Origin: Octopus vulgaris
Lineage: Eukaryota
Reading direction: 5' to 3'
NCBI GenBank assembly: GCA_951406725.2
Contig: OX597817.1
Coordinates: 15,872,001 to 15,936,000 of the forward strand
Length of the DNA: 64,000 bases
The position numbers and the translations under genes are program-made. The stretch's first letter is position 1, and each line of letters opens with the position of its first letter. The notes under the pieces are model-generated. The model saw nothing but the letters and a program-made list of their open reading frames with translations, was not told the origin of the DNA and did not search any database. Shown here piece after piece: positions 48,915 to 62,500 of this stretch.

Positions 48915-49800
48915 TAGGAGTGGCTGTGTGGTAAGGAGCTTGCTTACCAACCACATGGTTCCGGGTTTATTCCCACTGCATGACACCTTGGGCAAGTGTC
49001 TTCTACTATAGCCTCGGGCCAACCAAAGCCTTGTGAGCGGATTTGATAGATTGAAACTGAAAGAAGCCCGTCGTATATATGTATATATATGTATGTGTGC
49101 GTGTATATATTTGTGTGTCTGTGTTTATCCCCCCAACATCACTTGACAACCGATGCTGGTGTTTACGTCCCCGTAACTTAGCGGTTTGGCAAAAGAGGCC
49201 GATAGAATAAGTACTAGGCTTACAAAGAATAAGTCCTGGGCTCCAGCATGACCACAGTCAAATGACTGAAGCAAGTAAAAGAGTAAAAGTGTAAACGAGT
49301 TATCTTCACCTCTTCAAAAATATTACTTATGTAAAAAAAGATTTGTACATTTCATGTATCAGTTAATGGCATTTTATTAGTGTCAAAAAATTAAGTAAAA
49401 TATCAATTATTCCCGGAGACTTAGTTGTGGCTGTATGGTAAGAACTTTGCTTCCCAACCACATGGTTCCAGGTTCAATCCCACTGTGTGAAACCTTAAGT
49501 AAATGTCTTCAACTATAGCCTCAGGCCGACCAAAGCCTTGTGAGTGGATTTGGTAGACGGAAACTGAAAGAAGCCCATCATGTGTGTGTGCATGTGTTTA
49601 TCTCCCTTCCATCAGCATTAACAACCAGTGTTGGTGTGTTTACAACCCTGTAACTTAGCAGTTTGACAAAAGAGACTGATAGAATAAGTACCAGCCTTAA
49701 GAAGTAAGTCCTGAAGTCAATTTGTTCAACTAAAGAAAACTCTTCAAGGCTGTGCTCCAGCATGGCAGCAGTCAAATAACTGAAGCAAATAAAAGAACAA
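48915..49800 (+). mobile_element. Two tandem SINE A copies (48915-49300, 49425-49800)
   Basis: Family match. Confidence 0.85.
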
Positions 49801-51608
49801 AAGAATATATTTTTAAAAGCCGAATGTGTGCAATAGATTATATTTAATCTTTTACTATTCCAGCTGGCCATATCCAGCCAATATCCAGCCAGTATCCAAC
49901 CAATATCCAGTCAAAATATTCTACCTGTTTTAGGTTAAAACTGGTCAAAACCATCGTTTTACTCCTACCTATGATGTCATTCTAAAATTAAACAATTACA
50001 TCATCAAAATGTAGAAGCTGCTAGATAATAGATGATTAATTAAAATAATGTGAATAAATAAGCATTACAATTAACAGGGTTAAAATGTATAAAACAACAA
50101 GAAAAGAATGAAATAAATGGATTGAAAAGAAAAAAAACATGAAATAAAAGAGAATAAGAACAAAGCTAAAATAATAATATATTTATTAATGTACAAAATA
50201 GTGATATGTATAAATCTGTTATGTAAAAAAAAAGCTATGAAAATACTTGGCATTCTTAACAAGAGTTAAACAAAATGTGTTAGCATGAAAAACAATATTA
50301 TCAAATCAAAATTCAGTAAGTATTGTGAACAATTTGACAGACAGCTGACATTGTAAAATGAGAAAGAAAATGGAAAGAGATAGGAAGAAAATGTGTTGTA
50401 AGGTTTAGAGTAGCAACAGTAATAATAACAATTAGAAGAAGAAAAAAAAACGGTTGAAAATTTTTAGATATATTCATGTGAAACAAGATTAGAATGCATA
50501 AATTTTGTTGCTTTTTTGTTTTTTGTTTTTGTTTTTTTAAAAGACAAGTAAGGCAAAAAAAACAAAGGCAATTTGTTTTGTTCCGATGGTAGAGAGTAAA
50601 CATTAAAAGAATATAAAATCCAAGAACAGAATTTTTAATAAGTATATCAAAAATGTCACTCTTGGACATAAGGTATTATACTCTGTGACTAATTAATTAT
50701 ATTTAGAATTTCAGTCTGTGTCAAGGATTTCCTTTAAGGAATGGTGTCCACTTCTAGACATTCTATTAGCCAGTATTTGCAGGAGTGCTGACTGAGGAAT
50801 CAACTTGCAGTTATTAGTTCCCTAACATCTTTTGTGTGTGTGTGTGAGTGTGTCATATACAAGGGGTGCTGAAAAGTTCCTGGCTTTGGTTAAAAGAAAA
50901 AATACTGGAGGATCAGTTAATTAGGATTTTACACAACATAATCCCCTCTCAGATTCACACATTTATTACAGCAGTCCTTCATTTTTTCTAAGACCTGTAA
51001 AAGAACCCAGAAAGTTGGTATATATGATACATATATATATCATCTTCCTTTAATATCTCCCTTCCATGCTGGGATGGTATATGTGTGTGTGTGTGTATTT
51101 ATATACAGTATACTGCACCGTGAAGGTAAGATCAAGAAAAAGGTATTCCATCTGGTGTGAGATAAATGTTATTTAATAACCACAGTGTATATTTTTATGA
51201 CCTACTAATAATTTCATGCTATAAAAACAACTCAGCATTTTATAACACGCAAGTGCCATCACGCAAGCAAGTGGACAAGCTCCTGTATCTTGACAGTTAC
51301 AACTGAGAGTAGGCCCTTGATGATGGGGCAGCAGCTATATATATGATAATTTGATTGAACACCTGTTGAGTCTATTCGTGTACCTGTTAATTATGGGAAA
51401 ATATTTGTCTAGGGAAGTGGCAGGAATGAACCAAATTATTCTCCTAAGTTTACTTTTAGATCTGTTCTTGTTATTTGTGTTATTACATGAGGGATTGTGA
51501 ATTCATTATTAAAACCACAAATGCTGACTATCAGGCTTTTAAACACTATGGGGGAGGATGTGTGACAAGTCTGATAATGTATGTAGGAAAGTTTCTTGTT
51601 GGGCATAC

Positions 51609-51653
<45 letters not shown>

Positions 51654-51658
<5 letters not shown>

Positions 51659-52543
51659 GGTCTGATCAAAAGGTATGCAAACTGTTGCCATAGTAAGAAA
51701 GCTAAAGCATGCAGGGTAAAGCCACTCAGCACACATTGACCTTAAACTCTGATGTGCTTGTGCACTAAGTTTTAATATTCTCGCTCACTTCCGCTGTGTA
51801 CAGCAGTGCTTGGAAGGAACGTGTGTAGCGTGTGACCATCACATTCACCATGACAGAGAAAGTTGAGTAGAGAATCTGCCTCAAATTTTGCCTAAAGCTT
51901 GGTGATACGTGCTCAGGGGCCTATGCAAAGTTTTCAAAAAGTTTTCATCGTTCTCGATACAATGAAGGAGATTTTGTGCAACTCAAACCCAAGTGCTTTC
52001 TTGGTCAGCTGAAAGCAGTGTTGGCACAAACTTGGCAGACACACATCCCATACCCAAATTTTCAGGGTTGATGGACTGAACTGAACCATAACTAATCTAC
52101 ACATCCTCTGATAACTCATGGATGGAGATTCGACAATTTCCTCTCTCAATTGCATGCATATCTGCAATGGTTTTCTCAGTTCTGCTGGTTGCGGGTCTCC
52201 CAGAACATTCAATATTGACATTTTTTGGCCATCTTGGAAATGTCTGAACTACTTGGACACTTGTGTGCAGCTCATACACTCCTCTCCATACACTTTCTGC
52301 CAACTTTGTGTGGGCCTCTGAGCAGGTATCACCTTGACAACTTTCTTTGTCATGGTCAATGCTATGATCACACACTACACACCTTCCTTCCAAGCACTGC
52401 TGTAAACAGCAGAAGTGAACTAGAACGTTAAAATTTAGTGTGCATGCACAGCAGAATTCACAGTCAATCTCTGCAAAGTGGCTTCAATCTGCATGCTTCG
52501 TTATTACGGTAACAGTCCGGATACTTATTGATCAGATCGCATA
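51654..52543. mobile_element. Mariner derivative built from two 5' ends in opposite orientation
   Basis: TIRs tctgatcaaaaggtat / atacttattgatcaga; the region 51655-51930 is reverse-complement homologous to 52300-52543; minus-strand CSGRPATSRTEK..ISIHELSEDV. Confidence 0.7.
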
Positions 52544-52545
52544 TA

Positions 52546-52597
<52 letters not shown>

Positions 52598-52601
<4 letters not shown>

Positions 52602-53096
52602 TGACACACTCAATTACTAAGGGCTTAAATACTGGACTTAGTACTTTTGACCTTCATGTTGTCAAAGCAAAAAGATTATATCCAATAATACCAAAAGCAA
52701 CAAAAATAATGTAATACCTAGTACCTACCTAACAAAAAGAAACATCAATAGGCTTGTTTAGAAAGTTCTACATGCATTAATAAATTCTAAAATGTAACAT
52801 AACCCCAAATTTAATCAATAAAATTTTTTCCAAAACACCTTTTCATAAAAACCTAATTATAACCTCACTCAAACCCACACACCCAAAGATGATTCTTAAC
52901 TCAACAGAGACTATATAAAGGCAAAATTAACTCCAAGGCATCGCAGTCTGATGATGGCTTAGCTGGCAGAAACTTTGAGGTTACTGTCAACATTCTTGTA
53001 TATGAATAATAAATTTGTACTCTTCAAAAGTATAGAGTAACCCGTCAGATTAATGTAAAATTGTTTTTATTATAACTGAACATAAAAAAAAAACAT
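52598..53096 (+). mobile_element. Penelope-like pLTR remnant inserted in (TA)n
   Basis: ITKGLN-like end, TATATAAAG at ~52912, hammerhead motif, AATAAA; (TA)n on both flanks. Confidence 0.6.
52943..52987 (+). ncRNA. Minimal type I hammerhead ribozyme motif
   Basis: GCAGT-CTGATGA-tggcttagctggca-GAAA-CtttgagGT-T-ACTGT; stem I GCAGT/ACTGT. Confidence 0.65.
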
Positions 53097-54453
53097 TAAT
53101 ATATATATATATATATATATGATGATATGATGATGATGATATATAAAATGAAGTCAAACTGGGTAGTGATGTTTCGAATGTTTTAATAAGTACATTTCAG
53201 ATAACTGTGCAACAGATAAGAAAGGAATTCCATCTCTTAAGCAAAATTTTCCTCAGTTAAGCCATATATTTCTATATTTTGATATGTCTTAATTGAGGAA
53301 GATTTTGTGCATGACACAAAATTCCCTTTTTGTCTATAACACAATAATCTGAAATCTATGTACTAAATGCATTCAAAATATCATTATTCAATCTGACTTC
53401 ATTATTATACATCATATGATTCTATGCCAGTACAATCTGGTCAGTCCCAGCTTCATCCACACAAATACTATAACAAAAATTTGGAATGGTTTGTTCCCTT
53501 CAACTCAAGTTGGAGATTCTGCATATGTGCATTGCTTCTAAGTATAACATGAAATACACACACACATAGTCAAATCAAATAAATGATCATTAAAATTAAC
53601 AATAGCAAACAAGAGAATGTGCACATGGAATGTATTAGTTTGACTCTATAAAAAGAGATAGTTTTTGATGTTTGTAATTGTTATATATATATAAAACAAT
53701 AACAAACATCAAAGACACTGTCTTTTTATGGATATATCACATATATAGTTCTGAGTGAAACACTGTGATATTTAAAATTAAGACTGAAATTGTTTAAGAA
53801 CTAATGTCATGCAAATTGAAATATTGGAGCAAAAACAAATAAAAAAGATTGAAAAATAGTTTGCCCTTTATTTCATATTTCTATATTTTGGGCTCAATAC
53901 CTCTTTATCAGGGAAAAAAATAGAGGTTGATGTCAGCTGGTATCTTTTGCTCCAATGTATGGGAAGATGGTTTGTGATATGTGCAGAATGGTAGGTATTG
54001 TTACAACAACCAATCTACCACTTGTAACTCATTTTTATTGATCAATAATTTAATTTTATTAATGAGGGACTTCTTTGATCCTCAAATTACCAGTATTATG
54101 CTCTGTTGTAACTGTGAAGATCTGAGTGTGGCATTTTTCCAGGTGCTTTTTTTGAATGACGTGTTTGTCTGCATATGTTCCTTGATACTGATATGTAGCC
54201 TTCAGATGGTACTTCTGACAAAACTAGAGTTATACAAGACAGATTGTTCAATGCAGGTCTCAAGCCCCAACCTCTTCCCAATACATATGAGCAAAGAATA
54301 CCAGTTGAACAGCATCTTGCATTTTCTCCAGATGAGAGATATTAACCTTGAAATATTGATATATAGGGTAAAGTACAAGCTGTCATTCTGACTACCTTCT
54401 GTTTTTCACTCCCATATATTTCAAAGATTTTTCAATCTTAGTCTTCATTATAT

Positions 54454-54494
<41 letters not shown>

Positions 54495-54799
54495 TTAACG
54501 TCTGCTGTCCATGCTGGCATGGGCTGGACGGTTTGACTGGGGCTGGTAAGCTGGAAGGCTGCAACCAGACTCCAGTCTAATTTAGCATGGTTTTCTATGG
54601 CTGGATGCCCTTCCTAATGCCAACCACTCCGAGAGTGTAATGGGTGCCATTTGCATGACACCAGTATCTGCCATGACTGCGATTTTGTTTGGCTTGATGG
54701 GTTTTCTTCTCAAGCACAACATAATGCCAAAAGTCATTGCCTCCGTGAGACCCATCACTCGAAAGGAACTGAGCCACTTTGCCTCAGTGAGGCCCAACG

Positions 54800-54837
<38 letters not shown>

Positions 54838-55004
54838 CAGAGATAGAGAGACAGAGAGGAAATGTGAAAGAACAAAGCTGTAAAAACAAGAATGCTGAAC
54901 AAAGGTGATTTATGCCCCAAGTGGAAGATAAATTGTGTGCGTGTGTGTGTGTGTGAACAAGATGTTGATATCTTCAGATTATTTTATACACATGTATGTA
55001 CACA

Positions 55005-55940
55005 TCAGGTTGGTGTCTTTTCAATTGTATAACATACATAACCCAATTTAAACCAACCTGATTTATAAAGTTGAAGCTTTGTTTCTGGTTTATGTTTGTC
55101 CACATACATTCCATATAATATCTGTTGATCTGTACTTATTAGTTTTATGGACAAAGACTTGTTAAGGAAGTTCAAATACTCTTGAGTAAATTTGTACAAA
55201 ACATCATATTTACCAAGATTGCTGGCACCTCCTACCCACACCATGTTGTGATAAATAATGTCTTTATATGTTACATCCTTTTTAAAATCATATACATAGC
55301 TGTAAGCAACTTTAGCTTCATTAAAATCTGTAGGTACTCTCAATTTAAATTTAGAATCATTACGGAGACTTCGAAAAAGTCCAATATCTAACCACATAAA
55401 GAATTTAGTATGAAAATAGTTCTTTCTTATAACCCGATTAAGAAGTTCAAATTTTGCATGCATGGCACAAGAATACCCAGGCACAACAGTGTTGGGAAGA
55501 TATTTTGGGTAACCAGGTTGTTTATATATTTGAGAAATATTTTTTTCTATCTGAAATGACCACAATTCCTTCTTGTTTATCAGAAATATTTTGGTTCGTT
55601 CTTTAGGAAACTTTTCCCTTAATTTTTGGAAATATTTGTATGCAATTTTATCATCTGTATAAACAATTAAATTGTTAGTCAAGTTGCCAAATACAGACAT
55701 CCATTTGTAATAGATATTTGGGGTATACTGATGTCCAGGACTGCCTTTTGCAAAGGATCCTAAATTGAAATATGCAGTCAATACTGAGATTTCATTGGAA
55801 AGGTTCATGGTATTCTTTGGAAGTTCCTTTTTAAAAGAGAAAATGTCTTCCTGAATTGAAGATATTTCTGTAGAATTTTGAATGATGCTTGGTGTTGTGA
55901 ATGTTATATTCAAGTCATTTATTAATTTTGTCTGAGGATC
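55005..55940 (-). CDS. Terminal exon, HtrL/YibB-family putative glycosyltransferase-like protein (copy 2)
   Basis: Same acceptor tatttaacag|GATC in phase 0 (DPQTKLINDLNITF...); about 82% aa identity to copy 1 by manual count; upstream exons not identified. Confidence 0.85.
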   Translation of the reverse strand, partial: DPQTKLINDLNITFTTPSIIQNSTEISSIQEDIFSFKKELPKNTMNLSNEISVLTAYFNLGSFAKGSPGHQYTPNIYYKWMSVFGNLTNNLIVYTDDKIAYKYFQKLREKFPKERTKIFLINKKELWSFQIEKNISQIYKQPGYPKYLPNTVVPGYSCAMHAKFELLNRVIRKNYFHTKFFMWLDIGLFRSLRNDSKFKLRVPTDFNEAKVAYSYVYDFKKDVTYKDIIYHNMVWVGGASNLGKYDVLYKFTQEYLNFLNKSLSIKLISTDQQILYGMYVDKHKPETKLQLYKSGWFKLGYVCYTIEKTPT

Positions 55941-56997
55941 CTGTTAAATAAATAATAGATATAATTATATTAAAATAGGATATTCAAGGAAAACAATTCA
56001 AAATAAGTCATATCTTTATAGTGTCATATTCATATCACTGAAAATCACAATATATATATTATAAAACAAGTGACTACAAATAAAATTATAAGATTGAGTG
56101 AATCATTTGGCCTAAATGAAAGAAGGAAATCTTTTTAACAAATATATACAGGCACTATCATAATTAATATCATAAGGAAATATTTATATCTAAGAAAATT
56201 TAAGTTAGTATAAAATACTATCACCCTTCTGTGACGTCAATAACAACAATAGATAATGAACTTTGATATGACTTAGATCAATCTAAACAGAATCAACACA
56301 GAAAAGCAATAATTAGAAATAATTGATGATAGTATGTTAAGGCCAAGATGTGATGGAAGATGTTAATGAATGATATAGTAATAATATTAATTCATGTATA
56401 AGGTGCGAAATGATGTTAGAGGAAGATTAATAGAAAAGTTTTATTTTCTAAACTGTGGGTATATAATAACATATATCTCAAATCAATATTTCGTTTTTGG
56501 ATTTGGTTTGCACGATTCTTTATATGAGTTTGTGTGTTGAAGCATATTCTATTGTGTCTGGGGAGAGTCATTTTCTTTTTGTGCCTTATTATGTAACACA
56601 CACTTTGACTATTGCAACCTTTTGAATAGTTTTGACTAGTGACTATAGTCAAAACTATTGAAAAGGTTGCAAGATGCAACGACAATTTTAGGACAATAAA
56701 AATTTTTAAAAAACGTGGAAATTTTACCGGTGAGTGTGTTACATAGTATGGCACAAAAAGAAAATGACTCCCCCCAAACACAATCAAATCAATATATTTT
56801 CTCTATTCTTAATCTGAGATGGAAGAACAGGATACGTGAACAGAGAGTGAACTTAACAACTTTGTTTTAACAGATATGATAGCTACATGGCCAAATAGAT
56901 GAAATGTTGTACATGTAACACTGAAAAGATATGTCAACAGTAAATCAAAACACCTTCATGCTTATATGTCAAGGTTATTCAGAAAAGCAAATGTTTA

Positions 56998-57157
56998 TAG
57001 GTGCAGGCATGGCTGTGTGGTAAGAAGCTTGCTACCCAGCCAGATGGTTCCAGATTCAGTCTTACTATGTGGAACCTCAGAGCAAGTGTCTTCTGTTATT
57101 GCTTGCTTCAGGCTGACCATAGCCTTGTAAGTGGATTTTATAGAAAGAAACTGAAAG

Positions 57158-57232
<75 letters not shown>

Positions 57233-58408
57233 TCTCCCACCTCCACTTGACAACTAATGTTGGTGTTTACATCCATGTAACTTCGTGGTTCAACAAAAGA
57301 GTCCAATAGAATAAGTTCTGAGATCAATTCATTCAGCTAGAAATTCTTCAAGATAGTGTCCTAGCATGGCCACAGTCTAATGACTGAAGCAAGTAAAAGG
57401 GTAAAAGATTTCTATCATGTTTTATTGTTCAATGTGAATGGCTGTGTGGTAAGTAGCTTGCTTACCAACCACATTGTTCCGGATTCAGTCCCACTGTGTG
57501 GCACCATGGCAAGTGTCTTCTGCTATAGCCTTGGGCCGACCAAAGCCTTGTGAGTGGATTTGGTAGACGGAAACTGAAAGAAGCCCGTCGTATATATGTA
57601 TATATATATATGTGTGTGTGTGTTTGTGTGTCCGTGTTTGTCCTCTAGCATGCTTTACAACCGATGCTGGTGTGTTTATGTCCCCGTTACTTAGCGGTTC
57701 AGCAAAAGAGACTGATAGAATAAGTACTGGGCTTACAAAGAATAAGTCCCGGGGTCGAGTTGCTCGACTAAAGGCGGTGCTCCAGCATGGCCGCAGTCAA
57801 ATGATTGAAACAAGTAAAAGAGTAAAGAGAGTCACATTTCACAGAGATCCATGAAATTGATCTAACCACAGTGAAACTTCATGAACAATTTTTCACCAAA
57901 AATCTGCTACAAACCAGAAAATGTTGCAGCAATTCATATGTTGCCCTGCATTGAAATAATTCTTTCAGTTTGAGCTATTTCTGTACTCTCTCTCTCTCTC
58001 TCTCTTTTACTCTTTTACTTGTTTCAGTCATTTGACTGCGGCCATGCTGGAGCACCGCCTTTAGTCGAGCAAATCGACCCCGGGACTTATTCTTTGTAAG
58101 CCCAGTACTTATTCTATTGGTCTCTTTTGCCGAACCGCTAAGTGACGGGGACGTAAACACACCAGCATCGGTTGTCAAGCGATGTTGGGGGGGACAAACA
58201 CAGACACACAAACATATAAACACACATACACATATATATATACATATATACGACAGGCTTCTTTCAGTTTCCGTCTACCAAATCCACTCACAAGGCATTG
58301 GTCGGCGCAGGGCTATAGCAGAAGACACTTGCCCAAGGTGCCACGCAGTGGGACTGAACCCGGAACCATGCGGTTGGTTAGCAAGCTACTTACCACACAG
58401 TCACTCCT
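56998..58408. mobile_element. SINE A cluster: + 56998-57410, + 57438-57830, - 58000-58408
   Basis: Family match. Confidence 0.88.
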
Positions 58409-58777
58409 TTCAAATATAAAATGCAATAAGAAAGTTGTAGAGCTTGCCTACTCCGTGGAATATCTACGGTTCCAGCTAGTTATAACTGTTAGTATAATTA
58501 TTAAGGTGGCTAGCTGGCAGAATCATCAATAGCATTTGTTGTAGCTCTTTACGTTTTGAGTTCAAATCCTGCTGAGGACAACTTTATCTTTCATCTTTAC
58601 AGGGATAAAATAAAGTACTAGTCAAGTACTGTTTTTGATGTAACTGACTAGCTCCTTCCCCTCAAATTTGCTGATCTTGTGATAAAATTAGAAAAATTAT
58701 CATCATTATTGTTGTTGTTGTTGCTATTATTATTGTTATTATTATTACTATTATTATTATTGTTATTATTATTATTA

Positions 58778-58829
<52 letters not shown>

Positions 58830-58830
<1 letters not shown>

Positions 58831-59385
58831 GAGTGAGAGAGCAGTGCATGCCATCAAAGTGACACTGGGGTAAAATATACGAAGCCCAGTATACCCATCA
58901 TGACTACACGTCTCATAAGGGTACACCAGGCACATGCATCACAACCATATGTGCACGACATGATGATCTCATATCAAGATAAACAGCACATGACCTTCAG
59001 GTGGGGCCCAGTTAGAATTTTCTTCAGGTTGAGTAGCCCATCCCGCTCAAAAGGTCCCTGAGTAAGGGTTGTTTAAGGATGTTGAACGAAACACCCATGT
59101 TTCCAGAGGTGAATTATTCAAACCCCAAAGAATCCCTCTCAACACATGGCTATGATGCTCCCCCACTACTTCTGCTCGTGATCAGAGATGCACAAATCGT
59201 CAGCCACAAAGGGACATGCTCAAAGGGTTAAGGTCAAACAACTGACAAGCAAATCTGTGGTATTGAGCAGAATATTTGCTGTAGCCCATCTTTTATACCA
59301 AGACAAAACAATGTACATGATAACACTTCCAATCAGTTAAGATCAGAAGCCATGAGAACCACCGCCTGGTACTGCATCAGGGCAG
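58830..59385 (-). mobile_element. Family D retroposon flanked by (TAA)n on both sides
   Basis: Reverse complement of 14093-14640. Confidence 0.82.
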
Positions 59386-59545
59386 TTATTATTATTATTA
59401 TTATTATCGTTCCTCCTTACCCCAACCTTCCCCACTGGTTGCTCCCCTATATTACCCGCCTCAACTGGACCCCCTCCCCAACTCAACTCTAGAATATCTG
59501 TATTTCTTTCCTCTACCTAATTACGTTACTCAGTGACGATAACGA

Positions 59546-62500
59546 ATGTCCACTGCTAACACCAGCTCCTGCCCACGGCGTGGTCAGGTTGGAAGAGAGA
59601 TCAAAAGAAAAATACCACGAAAACTATCACCACCACAACAACCCTCCTCTTCTCAGGCGCCGAATCCCCCCCGTCCCCCCCACATCTCCTTCCCAGTTTT
59701 CAGAGTTGGCACTATCAATGTTGGTACATTGACAGGCAAGTCTAGTGAGATTGTAGAGATGCTAGAGAGAAGACAGGTTGATGTATGCTGCATACAAGAG
59801 GTAAGATGGAGAGATGCTTTGGCTAGGGTCCTCACGGGCAAGGCACTTAGGTACAAACTCTACTGGCAAGGTAACGCGGAAGGTGTAGGGGGTGTAGGCA
59901 TTCTCCTTGCGGAGGAATGGGTGGATAAGGTCATAGAGGTTGTCAGGGTTTGTGATAGAGTGCTTAAGCTCAGGTTGGTCCTACAGAGTGGCACAGCTAT
60001 GATTATCTCAGCCTATGCCCCACAAGCGGGACTACCAAATGATCAGAAGGACAACTTTTATGATACCCTTCTGCAGGCTACTTCAAAGACTAGTAACAAG
60101 GACCTCATCTTTGTAGGTGGAGATTTTAAAGGGCATGTTGGGCGGGAATCGGGTATCTTCACTGGGGTACATGGTGGCTATGGTATTGGCACCAGAAATG
60201 ATGAGGGAACTAGACTGCTGGAATTCTGTGATGCATGTAACCTTTCAATCTGCAACACTAACTTCAAGAAGCCAGTCTGCCACCTTATAACTTATCAGTC
60301 AGGAGACTCCGCTAGCCAAATAGACTTCATCCTCACCAGACAACGGGATGCAGGGTTGCTCTTGAATACAAAGACCCTCCCGGGTGAAGAATGTATCCCT
60401 CAGCATAGACTAATCATCAGTGACTTTAAGCTTGAGGCCAGAAGGACTCCAAGAAACAAACCAATCCAGAAAAGAAGGATTTGGAGGCTAAAGAACCCTT
60501 CGCATGGTCAGAAATTTAGGGACATACTCATCAAGAAATTTGATGAGAGGGAGGAGGAGCTTCAGACGTCAGACATAGAAGGTAGCTGGGAATTCCTACG
60601 GGACAGCTTGTTGGGTGCCACAGACCAAGTCTGTGGATGGTGCAAAGTCCCTTCCAGACCTAGAATTACGTGGTGGTGGAATAGTGCAGTAGATAAAGCC
60701 ATCTGTGAAAAGAGACGGGCCTGGAAAGCCTGGAAGGATGGGGGCAGCAGGGAACTGTACCAGATAGCCAAAAGGGAGGCTGGGCGGCAGGTATACATTG
60801 CCAAAGATGTAGCAGAAAAGAAGAAGTTTGCCAATGTCCAGCGTCGCGAGGATCAAAGAGCTGAAGTATTTCGGATTGCCAGACAGTGTGTCAGAGAAAA
60901 TAGCGATGTTATAGGAGAGAAATGTGTCCGCATGGATGATGGGGCACTTGCTTTTACTACTAGTGAAAAGAAAGAGGCTTGGAGAAGCCATTATGAAAGA
61001 CTGCTGAATGAGGAGAATGAATGGGAGGAGGAGAGCCTGCCAAATGTTGACCCAGTAGAGGGACCAGCTACCCGAATAGAGAGCTCCCTTGTAGATAAGG
61101 CAATTAAGGATATGAAACCAGGCAAAGCCCCTGGCCTATCAGGAATCACTGCTGAGATGCTTAAAACAGCTGGCTATGTGGGCTATGCCATAGTCACCCG
61201 CATTGTAAACCAGGTAGTTCACAATGGAGTCATACCCAATGACTGGTGCAGCAGCACCATAGTCAACTGCTACAAGGGTAAGGGTGATGCTCTAGATAGA
61301 AATAACTACAGAGGTATCAAACTGTTGGACCAGGTGATGAAGGTCTCAGAGAAGGTCATAACCAATCTCATTAGGGAGAGAATTTGTTTAGATGAAATGC
61401 AGTTCGGTTTTGTACCAGGTAGAAGCACCACTGATGCTATATTCCTGGTCCGACAACTGCAGGAGAAGTACCTAGCTAAAGATAAACCCCTCTACATAGC
61501 TTTTGTAGACTTGGAGAAAGCCTTTGACAGGGTTCCCCGTTCCCTTATCTGGTGGTCGATGCGGAAACTGGAGATTGAAGAATGGCTAATAAGGGCTGTA
61601 CAGGCTCTATACAGAGAGGCTGTCAGCAAGGTTAGGATTGGCAACGAATATAGTGAAGAATTCCGGGTAGAAGTAGGTGTGCACCAGGGCTCAGCCCTCA
61701 GTCCCCTTTTATTCATCATAGTCCTTCAGGCAATAACAGAGGAATTCAAAACGGGATGCCCCTGGGAGCTCCTCTATGCCGATGACCTAGCTCTCATAGC
61801 AGAATCACTACCGGAACTAGAAGAGAAATTTCGGGTGTGGAAGCAAGGGTTGGAATCAAAGGGCCTTAGAATAAATGTAGCAAAGACCAAAGTATTAGTA
61901 AGCAGCAAGAGGTACTCAGCACACATCCCCTCGGGTAGGTGGCCCTGCTCAACCTGTAGGAAAGGTACAGGTAGAAACTCCATAAGATGCACCCAATGTA
62001 AGTTATGGACACATAAGAGGTGCAGCAACATTAAAGGGAAATTAACAGATAAGATAGCTTTCATGTGCGGCAGATGCACAGGGACAATAGACACAACAGA
62101 CACTCAGAAAACAGATTCCATCACACTCCAGGGAGAGAAACTAGAAGTAGTTGATAGTTTCTGCTACCTGGGTGACCAAGTTAGTAGCGGAGGTGGATGC
62201 ACAGAGAGTATCACCACTAGAATACGAATAGCCTGGGCAAAGTTCAGAAAGCTCCTACCCCTACTGGCAACAAAAGGTCTCTCCCTCAGAGCAAAAGGTA
62301 GATTGTATGATGCATGTGTGCGAACTGCCATGCTTCACGGTAATGAAACATGGGCTGTGACTGCAGAAGACATGCGTAGACTTGAAAGAAATGAAGCTAG
62401 CATGATCCGCTGGATGTGTAGTGTCAGTGTGCACGCAAAACAGAGTGTAAGTATCCTGAGAGAAATGCTGGATATAAGAAGCATCAGATGTGGTGTGCAA

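Noticed and set aside
53981-54391. 136-aa ORF
   Set aside because: No recognisable motif; the minus strand looks like a highly decayed LINE.
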